Shown here: positions 16,208 to 23,288 of the stretch, one piece after another
How the letters are laid out: every line of letters begins with the position of its first letter
Position numbering within the stretch: the first letter of the stretch is position 1
IMG/VR virus record: IMGVR_UViG_3300005613_000227
Length of the DNA: 34,325 bases
Direction: 5' to 3' (one strand)
Source of the DNA: a virus
Notes under the pieces: generated by a model
Told to the model about the DNA's origin: nothing
Database searches by the model: none
Seen by the model: the letters and a program-made list of their open reading frames with translations, nothing else
Program-made: the position numbers and the translations under genes

Positions 16208-16522
16208 ATGAAAAACTTATCACAAATCGAATTAACTAACGAAAAACAAATCGGCTCACTATTAACAAAAAAAATGGAGTGGGTTATCGCCAAGCATATC
16301 AAGACAGGTAGATATAACCTAATGGAAGTTTTCTTTGATGGACAATTCAGAGGAGGTGCTTGGAGATATGCACTTAACAAAGGTAAGGATGGCTTACTAA
16401 GAAGAAGCGAAAAAGACAATGAGTGTCACCACGCTAAAAAACGCTCTTTAGAAAAGTATGAGTTTGTAAAAACTGTAAATATGAAATGGATAAACGAATT
16501 TAAATCAGCATCTATTGCTTAA
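16208..16522 (+). CDS. Hypothetical early protein (104 aa)
   Basis: AT-rich ORF behind a promoter cassette and leader. Confidence 0.6.
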   Translation: MKNLSQIELTNEKQIGSLLTKKMEWVIAKHIKTGRYNLMEVFFDGQFRGGAWRYALNKGKDGLLRRSEKDNECHHAKKRSLEKYEFVKTVNMKWINEFKSASIA

Positions 16523-16535
16523 ACTTTAATCAACA

Positions 16536-16544
16536 TTAACCTTA
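16536..16544 (+). promoter_or_regulatory. TTAACCTTA leader box (gene 16562)
   Basis: Part of the 17-mer AATCAACATTAACCTTA, in an intra-operon gap. Confidence 0.5.
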
Positions 16545-16561
16545 ATAAATTATATAACACT

Positions 16562-16999
16562 ATGGAAACAATCGTAACAAAACCAATCATCACTTCCAAC
16601 CTTGGAACAACAAGCGAAGTCTGCACTTTCGTTTTACCATCAGAGGGAACTTATTACTTAGCAGGAACAGTTCTTTTGACAGTCGAATATCATCAAATGG
16701 GAGAAGACTACACTCAATCCAAAATGACTATCACAGAGATCAACGACAAGTCAGGAGATGTAACAACCTATGATGACATTGATGACATCCGAACAATCTT
16801 AATCAATGCTTATTCAGGAGGACAACTCAACTCAAGAACAACTCAGGTTAAAAGAGAGTTTTGGTTGGAGTTCCCTAAAGACAGTTTATTCAACTACCAC
16901 AAAGGAAACTCAGTCTGCGAAAAATTTACTCTGATTGAGTGGGTTAAAGAAAAGATAAAGGAGAAAGCCAAAAGAAAGGAATTAGAATTTTCGTTATAA
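16562..16999 (+). CDS. Hypothetical early protein (145 aa)
   Basis: ORF with leader box. No motif recognised. Confidence 0.6.
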   Translation: METIVTKPIITSNLGTTSEVCTFVLPSEGTYYLAGTVLLTVEYHQMGEDYTQSKMTITEINDKSGDVTTYDDIDDIRTILINAYSGGQLNSRTTQVKREFWLEFPKDSLFNYHKGNSVCEKFTLIEWVKEKIKEKAKRKELEFSL

Positions 17000-17024
17000 A
17001 ATAGGGTTAATAACACAAAAAAGG

Positions 17025-17051
17025 GCATCTTGAAAAAGATGCTTTTTTTTT
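17025..17051 (+). terminator. Rho-independent terminator
   Basis: Stem GCATCTT/AAGATGC, GAAA loop, T9 run. Confidence 0.7.
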
Positions 17052-17062
17052 ACTTTTTTTTA

Positions 17063-17103
17063 ATTTAGGACTTGCAATTCGTTAAACTTGGTTTAACTTA
17101 ATA
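17063..17103 (+). promoter_or_regulatory. Early promoter cassette (24/25 identical to 28417..28441)
   Basis: ATTTAGGACTTGCAATTCGTTAAAC. TTGCAA at 17072..17077, GTTAAAC at 17081, GTTTAAC at 17091, TTAATA at 17098. Two phased T-tracts lie upstream. Confidence 0.45.
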
Positions 17104-17116
17104 ATCATAATCAACA

Positions 17117-17125
17117 TTAACCTTA
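17117..17125 (+). promoter_or_regulatory. TTAACCTTA leader box overlapping the ATG of gene 17125
   Basis: Part of the 17-mer AATCAACATTAACCTTA. The usual AAAAACACTATG tail reads AAAAACACTATC here and is now coding. Confidence 0.45.
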
Positions 17126-17370
17126 TGAAAAACACTATCAAAATTACAAAACATAAAAATTTCCACGGCTACAATGCATCAGTATCTAATGGCAAGCAAT
17201 ACTACATTGATTTTAACCACGAAGCAGAAAGAGATTCAGCTTGGTGCTTATTCGAGTGTACAGACGAACAAGTAAGAGACGGCTATGAGTTTAATGGCTT
17301 TGCATTAACTAACGCAAGCACCAAGAGAGAGTTAGTAGAGTGCATCAAATATTGGAACAACATAGACTAA
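17125..17370 (+). CDS. Hypothetical early protein (81 aa)
   Basis: ORF behind a promoter cassette. Confidence 0.55.
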   Translation: MKNTIKITKHKNFHGYNASVSNGKQYYIDFNHEAERDSAWCLFECTDEQVRDGYEFNGFALTNASTKRELVECIKYWNNID

Positions 17371-17379
17371 GATTTAATT

Positions 17380-17883
17380 ATGTCACACGCAAAAACAGTT
17401 TTAAATTCAGCTTGGTTGGGAAAAGAGTTTGGTCAGGAACTCGCAACAAAGTGGGGATATAATTTATCCGAACTACCAAAGGGCAAGAGAGGAAAATGGA
17501 AGGGCTACATCAAAGCGAACTTACATTGGGAAAAAGCAACTGTTGGTGGTTGGATGAATACTCTTCTAAATGTTTTTGACGCACACCAAGACTTGGGCAA
17601 AAAAATCAGCAACATCGTTTATCCAAATGAAATCTTGTGGTCTTGCATAGTTGATCAATACTCAGGAGAAATCCTTGGCTTTAAAGCACACGCAAAAATG
17701 TTTCAAGGCATCGAGTTAGACATCCAAAGAATTTACACTTGTAACCACAACAAGGAAAACAGAATATATGGATATGATGATTCAGTCTCAAGATTCGACA
17801 GTATAAGAGCGAGGCTAATTACCGATGACGAAACTCTTGCGAACTGCTACGATGATTATTGTAAAAGATATTTAACCAACTAA
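17380..17883 (+). CDS. Hypothetical early protein (167 aa)
   Basis: ORF. No motif recognised. Confidence 0.6.
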   Translation: MSHAKTVLNSAWLGKEFGQELATKWGYNLSELPKGKRGKWKGYIKANLHWEKATVGGWMNTLLNVFDAHQDLGKKISNIVYPNEILWSCIVDQYSGEILGFKAHAKMFQGIELDIQRIYTCNHNKENRIYGYDDSVSRFDSIRARLITDDETLANCYDDYCKRYLTN

Positions 17884-17892
17884 TTAACCTTA
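17884..17892 (+). promoter_or_regulatory. TTAACCTTA leader box (gene 17907)
   Basis: Exact 9-mer, 14 nt upstream of the ATG, in an intra-operon gap. Confidence 0.5.
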
Positions 17893-17906
17893 AAAATAAA
17901 AACACT

Positions 17907-18173
17907 ATGGAAAACTATTACGCAAAAGCTAACGCAATTAACGAAGCCTTCGGACTTCCTGAGTGGAATGAATATGACACTCTCAAAGTAAAAGGAGAAC
18001 TTATTAAAACTTATTATTTACGCTCTCGATGGGCAATGATCGAAGCCTATGAGAAAGGATTTCTTGTCTATAATTGCGTTGTCGGAACTAAACATTATTG
18101 CGAAACTTGGAACAAGGCAAAAGAATTGAGGCAACAACTCTCTGATAGATATACTGCTATTGAAAGATTTTAG
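17907..18173 (+). CDS. Hypothetical early protein (88 aa)
   Basis: ORF with leader box. Confidence 0.55.
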   Translation: MENYYAKANAINEAFGLPEWNEYDTLKVKGELIKTYYLRSRWAMIEAYEKGFLVYNCVVGTKHYCETWNKAKELRQQLSDRYTAIERF

Positions 18174-18202
18174 TGAAATAAGGTTAAATAAATACAAACA
18201 AA

Positions 18203-18228
18203 AGACTCTCTTCGGAGGGTCTTTTTTT
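18203..18228 (+). terminator. Rho-independent terminator
   Basis: Stem AGACTCTC/GAGGGTCT, TTCG loop, T7 run. Confidence 0.7.
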
Positions 18229-18229
18229 G

Positions 18230-18476
18230 TTTCCAAAGTCGTTGGAAATTGCTTGGAAATGGCTATCCTCGAAAAAGGGCATTTTCCAATGCCTTGGAAA
18301 TTTGTAAGTTTACCCAATTGCAAGGACTTAGAGTTAAATTTCCAATGCTTTTCCAAGCGTTTTGGAAATTTCTTCCAACCTATATAGTAATATGGAAGAA
18401 TATTCCGAGGAACTTGTTTCCACCGACTTCAAAATCAGTCGGAGGAAACAGTTCCAAGATTCCAAGCTTTTGGAAG
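18230..18476. repeat. Iteron-like array of TTGGAAA / TTTCCAA boxes (candidate origin or protein-binding array)
   Basis: Full 7-mers start at 18230(R), 18242(F), 18253(F), 18283(R), 18294(F), 18339(R), 18350(R) and 18362(F). TTCCAA/TTGGAA partial copies start at 18373, 18452, 18460 and 18470. Neighbouring boxes are 11-12 bp apart. Confidence 0.75.
18416..18449. repeat. Inverted repeat / hairpin inside the array
   Basis: GTTTCCACCGACT, an 8-nt loop, then AGTCGGAGGAAAC (13-bp arms with 1 mismatch). No T-run follows. Confidence 0.6.
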
Positions 18477-18488
18477 TCTGTGACAGAT

Positions 18489-18516
18489 TTGACAACAGGT
18501 TGAACTTTGTTAGATA
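18489..18516 (+). promoter_or_regulatory. Sigma70-like promoter for the packaging operon
   Basis: TTGACA (18489..18494), a 16-nt spacer, then TAGATA (18511..18516). The in-frame ATG at 18525 lies at the same 31-nt distance from the -35 box as in the 8947 promoter. Confidence 0.35.
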
Positions 18517-18794
18517 TGTTGATTATGGATAATACCGAAGAATTGAATGCTCTCAGAGATTTGAGAGAAACCAACCTAGCGATCAAAGAGCTAGAACAAC
18601 AACAAGCCATTGTCTCCAAAAACTTCAAGCGAGGGATTAGGCTTTTACAGAGAGAGGCAGCAATGACTGAATCTCAGATTGATGACGGAGGAGTGATGGA
18701 AGGATGCGAGTCTTGGAATGTAAGACACGAATCAATCAAACAACTAATCAGCAATCCCTGCATTGAGAACATCCCTGAAGATAATAATGTTTAA
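18516..18794 (+). CDS. Hypothetical coiled-coil protein (start uncertain: 18507 TTG, 18516 ATG or 18525 ATG)
   Basis: ORF containing NTEELNALRDLRETNLAIKELEQQQAIV. Its stop overlaps the next start (TAATG). Confidence 0.5.
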   Translation: MLIMDNTEELNALRDLRETNLAIKELEQQQAIVSKNFKRGIRLLQREAAMTESQIDDGGVMEGCESWNVRHESIKQLISNPCIENIPEDNNV

Positions 18795-19210
18795 TGAAAA
18801 CTGTTAGCCTAGTCGAGGCAATGGATTATCCTGAGCAAGTTCCTGATCCAAGACCTGAACATCATTCTATTGTCTCTGAGATAGCCTCAAGGCTTCAGGA
18901 GTTGGATGACATCGACAAAGGCTCAAAGCTCAGGTTGCCTTCAGGAGCAAGGCTAGTCAATAGGTTGGCAGCAATCCAACGCAGATCAATGCGAGCTTAT
19001 AGATTACTACTCGACCTATTAGGGGAGGGGAGGTCTCTCTCCGACTCCCTTGAGACCTTGGGTGCTAGGCATATTAATTCCAAAGGACTCCCCTGCAAGC
19101 GACAGGCTTGGCTTCAGAACGCTCAGGAGGATGTTGAGATTATCAAATCTATCTATCCTGAATTAGGCGAGGTTGTCGGAGAAGTTCTTAAAAGGAGACC
19201 TATGGAGTGA
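18794..19210 (+). CDS. Hypothetical protein (138 aa), locally GC-richer
   Basis: ORF. No motif recognised. It lies upstream of the packaging genes. Confidence 0.55.
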   Translation: MKTVSLVEAMDYPEQVPDPRPEHHSIVSEIASRLQELDDIDKGSKLRLPSGARLVNRLAAIQRRSMRAYRLLLDLLGEGRSLSDSLETLGARHINSKGLPCKRQAWLQNAQEDVEIIKSIYPELGEVVGEVLKRRPME

Positions 19211-19239
19211 TATACTTAAAAACATTTAAAAACGATTCT

Positions 19240-19277
19240 AGGGCTATTACAGGGCTACCCATAGGGGTGGGGATAGC
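19240..19277. other. GC-rich direct repeat plus imperfect palindrome; candidate cos/packaging recognition element
   Basis: AGGGCTA at 19240 and 19251. GCTACCCATAGGGGTGGGGATAGC at 19254..19277 has complementary ends. It sits in the 170-nt non-coding gap just upstream of terS. Confidence 0.25.
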
Positions 19278-19380
19278 TTAGGTACTATAAAACCAAACAC
19301 AAAAGCAAGGCACAAGCGAGCCTCTGCATTTTTGAGACTTTCTGTCGCAAAACCTTTTAAAATAAATTTAACAATATAAA

Positions 19381-19890
19381 ATGAAAGAACCAACTTGGTC
19401 ACAGATAGCCTCAGAGCTAGGCGTTACTCCTGTCACAATGTCCAAGTGGAGGTCAACCCATCCTGACTGTCCAAAGGATTCTAAAAAGATCGAGGATTGG
19501 AAACTGTGGCTTCAGGAGCGAGAACTTGGAGGCAAGGGATCAGGCAGAGTCGCAGTTGATGGGAAGGAATATACTGCTGCCGACATTCACGATCTGAAGG
19601 CGAAGCTGATTGCAGCACAGGAGAGGCGAGAGAATGCGATGGCACAGATTCGAGAAATCGAATTGCAACAGAAGAAAGATAATTTAATTCCTGAATCGGA
19701 AGCGACTGAGAAACTTATAAAACTACTAACTCCTCTAAGAAGATTGCTCGATGCCTTACCAAGGCAAATAGCATCTCAAGCAAATCCCCAAAATCCAAAC
19801 ATTGCAGAACTTGCAGTTCGCAATGGCTTAGACGATAGAGTCTTCGCTGAGATTGAGAAAATAATGAAGGACAATAGTGGCGAAGCGTAA
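19381..19890 (+). CDS. terS: Terminase small subunit (Nu1-like, N-terminal HTH)
   Basis: TWSQIASELGVTPVTMSKWRS is an HTH at the N-terminus. The middle of the protein is coiled-coil. It lies upstream of a GpA-type large terminase. Confidence 0.55.
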   Translation: MKEPTWSQIASELGVTPVTMSKWRSTHPDCPKDSKKIEDWKLWLQERELGGKGSGRVAVDGKEYTAADIHDLKAKLIAAQERRENAMAQIREIELQQKKDNLIPESEATEKLIKLLTPLRRLLDALPRQIASQANPQNPNIAELAVRNGLDDRVFAEIEKIMKDNSGEA

Positions 19891-20287
19891 AGAAGACAAA
19901 GTAATTAAATCACTTGGAAGGGCATTTCCGAAAATGGGAAAACTAAAAGACACTCACAGGACTGAGACTTTTGATTGCGAGAATGATAATTATATTATCG
20001 AAATCAAATGCAGAGACAAGCGTTATGACTCTTGGCTCTTTGAGCGTTCCAAATACGATTCTAATCTTCCGAAGGCTAAGGAGTCAGGAAGAGAGTTTAT
20101 TTACATTGTAGAATTTGGAGGACATTGTTGGGCTTGGAACATTAGCAAGATGGATGCGAACAAACACGACTTTGAATGGGAGGAGAGAGCAATGCCAAAG
20201 ACAACAGAGTTCTCGAATCGAACCATCATAAACAAAACAGTTGGATATGTTTATGAGAGGGATGCTTTACATTTTAATCTTTTATAG
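19877..20287 (+). CDS. Putative PD-(D/E)XK-fold nuclease-like protein (GTG start; alternative ATG 19 codons downstream)
   Basis: FDCENDNYIIEIKCRDK (D-x6-E-x-K). It sits between terS and terL. Confidence 0.35.
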   Translation: MAKRKEDKVIKSLGRAFPKMGKLKDTHRTETFDCENDNYIIEIKCRDKRYDSWLFERSKYDSNLPKAKESGREFIYIVEFGGHCWAWNISKMDANKHDFEWEERAMPKTTEFSNRTIINKTVGYVYERDALHFNLL

Positions 20288-21076
20288 ATGTCAACACGAA
20301 TGAACATAAACGCTCAGGGCTTCAATAATATGATAAGAGCATTGAGCAAAAAGACAGGAGCATCTTATAAAGATGTTATTCGAGGAGTTACATCTTCAGT
20401 CCTGACAAGATCAGCACAATTAACAAAAGGTTCTTCAGCTAAGAAGATCACAGAAGATGTAAATCGGATGCTTCGCAAACCTTACAAGACAAGAGACGGA
20501 GATTTGATTGCAGTCGCAAAGGATGGTCAGGTTTGGTATAATGGTTCAGGTTGGCAGAAAGACAGATGGATCAAAGTCAATGGAGACGGAAGATTAAAGA
20601 ATGTCGGAAAGACAGTTTTGAGAACAGGAAGACAAGCAGGTCAACAAGCCACTATTTCATCTCAGCTAAGAGCGAGAATCAATAAGGCAGTCAGAGAAGC
20701 GAAGGAAACAAAGACTCAACAATTAAAATATAAGAAGGCTCGGATTCACGCAGGCAAAAAATCTTTTCTTGAAATATTAAAGAAGCTCAGGATTCCAATC
20801 GCCAACACAAGAGGAATCGGAAAAGCAATGAAAGCAATTACTGATCCTGAACTTGGAAGGGCAGTTCAGGGCTTCCAAAGTAAATCTTCAAAAACAGACT
20901 ATGAGATTACAATTAAATCACACGCTCAATCTGCATTGAATCCTCACTCAGGAGGAATCTTTGCTTTCTCAAGAGCGTTGAATGGTAACATCAAAGCATT
21001 TGAAAAAGCTGCCGAAAAAGATTTGGAAACCTACGCTAAACAATTTGCTTTAAAGAATGGCTTCATTGTCCGATGA
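20288..21076 (+). CDS. Basic hypothetical protein (262 aa) between terS and terL
   Basis: Lys/Arg-rich ORF that overlaps the terL start by 20 nt. Confidence 0.55.
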   Translation: MSTRMNINAQGFNNMIRALSKKTGASYKDVIRGVTSSVLTRSAQLTKGSSAKKITEDVNRMLRKPYKTRDGDLIAVAKDGQVWYNGSGWQKDRWIKVNGDGRLKNVGKTVLRTGRQAGQQATISSQLRARINKAVREAKETKTQQLKYKKARIHAGKKSFLEILKKLRIPIANTRGIGKAMKAITDPELGRAVQGFQSKSSKTDYEITIKSHAQSALNPHSGGIFAFSRALNGNIKAFEKAAEKDLETYAKQFALKNGFIVR

Positions 21077-22868
21077 ATTGGCGAGACTATTCGCTCCTAG
21101 AAAACTCACTTCTCCTGTCGAGTGGGCTTATGAAAACTGTGTCCTGAGGGCTAACATCTCAGAACTGTCAGGAGCGTTAAAAATATTTCCTTACGCTGAA
21201 GAACCTTTAAACGCTTTGGTTGATCCGATGGTCAACAAAGTGACTCTCTGTTGGGGATCGCAAAGTTCAAAGACAACGACAATGTATGCAGGCGTTGCTT
21301 ATCTCTTGTCGGAGTTTCCTAAAGATACTCTTTGGATTATGCCTTCGGCTGAGAATGCGAGAAACTTTTCAAAGGGAAGGTGGCTTCCCTTCGTTGAAGA
21401 TTGCAAACCTTTGATGGATCAATGTCCGATCTCTGCTTCTTCAGGGAAGGTTGATACTGATAAGATTACTAATATGAGACAGGAGTTCCTGAACTGTGTC
21501 CTGACTTTTGCAGGAGCAGGAAGCGAGAACAATGTTAAGTCTGCTCCTGTCGCTTACTTGGTATTAGATGAGATTGATGAGATTGATCCTGACATAAGAC
21601 TCGCAGCACTCGAACGGATTAAGGGAAGGCGAGAATATAAGATTATTCAAACTTCAACTCCGAAGGAAGAGAAGGGAGGAATATGGGAAGAATATATTTA
21701 CGGAGATCAAAGAAAATATTTTATGCCTTGTCCTGAATGCGAAGAGATGATCGAGTTCCAATGGAGACAGAAAGACAAGGAAGGAAAGATGCGATATGGA
21801 ATCGGATTTGATGAAGACTCAAAGATGGATGACGGCTCTTATGATTTTATAAAGGTTGCATCCTCTGCTCACTATCGTTGCCAAAATTGCGACTTCAAGA
21901 TTCTCGATGCTCACAAACCGACAATGATAAAGAATGGAGAGTGGAGACAAATGAATCCTAACGCTCCTTCAGGTCATAGGAGTTATCATTTAAATTCTTT
22001 ATATTCTCCTGCAATGACATTCGCTGATTTGATTGTCGCTTGGCTTCAGGTCAGTTCAAGTATTTATGGATTGAAGAAGTTTGTTCAGGGAAACTTGGCA
22101 GAGGCTTGGAAGGAAGATTGGGTTAATCAGGATGAGAACGAAGCCAATGTTTTAGAATCTAATTATGAAAGAGGAGAACTAAAAGGAGACTTTAGAATCT
22201 TGGCAGTCGATACTCAAACCGATCACTTCCGATTTATTGTTCGAGGATTTGAATCGAGTGGCGAAAGTTATTTAATTGATTTCGGAAGCGTGGCTTCATT
22301 TGTTGACTTGGATAAGATATTCGAGGACAACAAGTGTCACAAGGCAATCATTGACTGTGCAGGAGACCGAACTCAGGAGGTTTATGAAGAAGTATTCAAG
22401 AGAAGAACTCATTGGTTCGGCTCAAGAGGTTGGAAAACAATGGCAGAACCTTATCGTTTGCAACAAAAAGACCCATTCACAGGAGACAACAAGGGAAGAG
22501 CAGGCAGAGGAAAGTTCCTTTATTTACATATTGATAAGAATATTTGGGAATCTGAGATTGCAAAACTCCGATCTCAGCAGTTGTCAGGCTTCTACACTTT
22601 CGCAGACACTCCAAAAGAATACTATGATCAGTTGTTTGCAGTCTATTGGGCGAAGGAAACTGACAGAAGTGGACACATTAAGACAGTCAGGAAGATGAAA
22701 AGGAGTCGAGGAGACCACTATTTTGACTGCGAATGTATGGCAAGGGCGTTAAGTAAGTTTGTGGGAATAGCGAGAGTTGATAGAATGAACGCTCAACCGA
22801 TGGGAGAACAACAACAAAGAAAGCCGAAGAGACCAAGGACTCGACAAACTTCTGAAAGTTGGTGGTGA
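21057..22868 (+). CDS. terL: Terminase large subunit, lambda GpA family
   Basis: Walker A-like WGSQSSKTTT and Walker B AYLVLDEIDE. Zinc-ribbon CPECEEM...CQNC, characteristic of GpA-type terminases. Confidence 0.9.
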   Translation: MASLSDELARLFAPRKLTSPVEWAYENCVLRANISELSGALKIFPYAEEPLNALVDPMVNKVTLCWGSQSSKTTTMYAGVAYLLSEFPKDTLWIMPSAENARNFSKGRWLPFVEDCKPLMDQCPISASSGKVDTDKITNMRQEFLNCVLTFAGAGSENNVKSAPVAYLVLDEIDEIDPDIRLAALERIKGRREYKIIQTSTPKEEKGGIWEEYIYGDQRKYFMPCPECEEMIEFQWRQKDKEGKMRYGIGFDEDSKMDDGSYDFIKVASSAHYRCQNCDFKILDAHKPTMIKNGEWRQMNPNAPSGHRSYHLNSLYSPAMTFADLIVAWLQVSSSIYGLKKFVQGNLAEAWKEDWVNQDENEANVLESNYERGELKGDFRILAVDTQTDHFRFIVRGFESSGESYLIDFGSVASFVDLDKIFEDNKCHKAIIDCAGDRTQEVYEEVFKRRTHWFGSRGWKTMAEPYRLQQKDPFTGDNKGRAGRGKFLYLHIDKNIWESEIAKLRSQQLSGFYTFADTPKEYYDQLFAVYWAKETDRSGHIKTVRKMKRSRGDHYFDCECMARALSKFVGIARVDRMNAQPMGEQQQRKPKRPRTRQTSESWW

Positions 22869-22960
22869 CAAATTTGACAAGTTGCCTATTTTGCCTTTTA
22901 TTTTATTTATTATCTACTTCTTTCGTAATATATATAGCAACTCATATTGTGGTCAGTATG

Positions 22961-22972
22961 TTATAAGGTTAA
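22961..22972 (+). promoter_or_regulatory. Inverted copy of the early-leader box (TTATAAGGTTAA) in the terL 3' region
   Basis: Perfect reverse complement of TTAACCTTATAA, which is found in the leaders at 8647, 8851 and 28471. It lies 5 nt upstream of the terminator stem. Confidence 0.4.
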
Positions 22973-22976
22973 AAGG

Positions 22977-23017
22977 AAAGTCTCTTCGGTTTTGGTAGTT
23001 CCGAAGAGACTTTTTTT
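22977..23017 (+). terminator. Strong rho-independent terminator between terL and the head genes
   Basis: Perfect 13-bp stem AAAGTCTCTTCGG/CCGAAGAGACTTT, followed by a T7 run. Confidence 0.8.
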
Positions 23018-23045
23018 ATATAAATTGACAAATAAACTTTTTTAG

Positions 23046-23288
23046 ATGGCATCGACAACTCCACTAGCAACACTTGTTCAAATTAGAGACAAACTTCTAA
23101 CTGCTTATTTAAAATTAGCAGAAGAGGGAGTTTCAAGTTATTCAATCGGAGATCAAACTTTTACTTTAAAAGACACAGGAAACATTTTAAACGAAATCGA
23201 GAGATTAGATAGGTTGATAGCCTTGAAAGATAGAACTCTCGGAGGAGGAGGACGAAACAGAATAACATTAAAGAACTTCGATGGCTAA
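23046..23288 (+). CDS. gpW-like head-tail joining protein
   Basis: 80 aa, positioned between terminase A and portal B as in lambda. Helical LLTAYLKLAEEG..IGDQTFTLKD..ILNEIERLDRLI pattern. Confidence 0.5.
   Translation: MASTTPLATLVQIRDKLLTAYLKLAEEGVSSYSIGDQTFTLKDTGNILNEIERLDRLIALKDRTLGGGGRNRITLKNFDG

Noticed and set aside
18160-18628. Track ORFs 18160..18387(+), 18249..18503(+), 18018..18356(-) and 18380..18628(-) across the repeat array
   Set aside because: The + strand ORFs start with TTG, not ATG. The ORFs overlap each other on both strands, and their odd F/W/K/G/N-rich translations follow directly from the TTGGAAA/TTTCCAA repeats. The region lies between a terminator and a promoter-like box, so I treat it as non-coding.
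22910-22945. 11-codon minus-strand ORF downstream of the inverted leader box
   Set aside because: It is too short to call (MSCYIYYERSR). It may be a remnant of a lost minus-strand gene, which is the alternative explanation noted under the anti-leader RNA finding.
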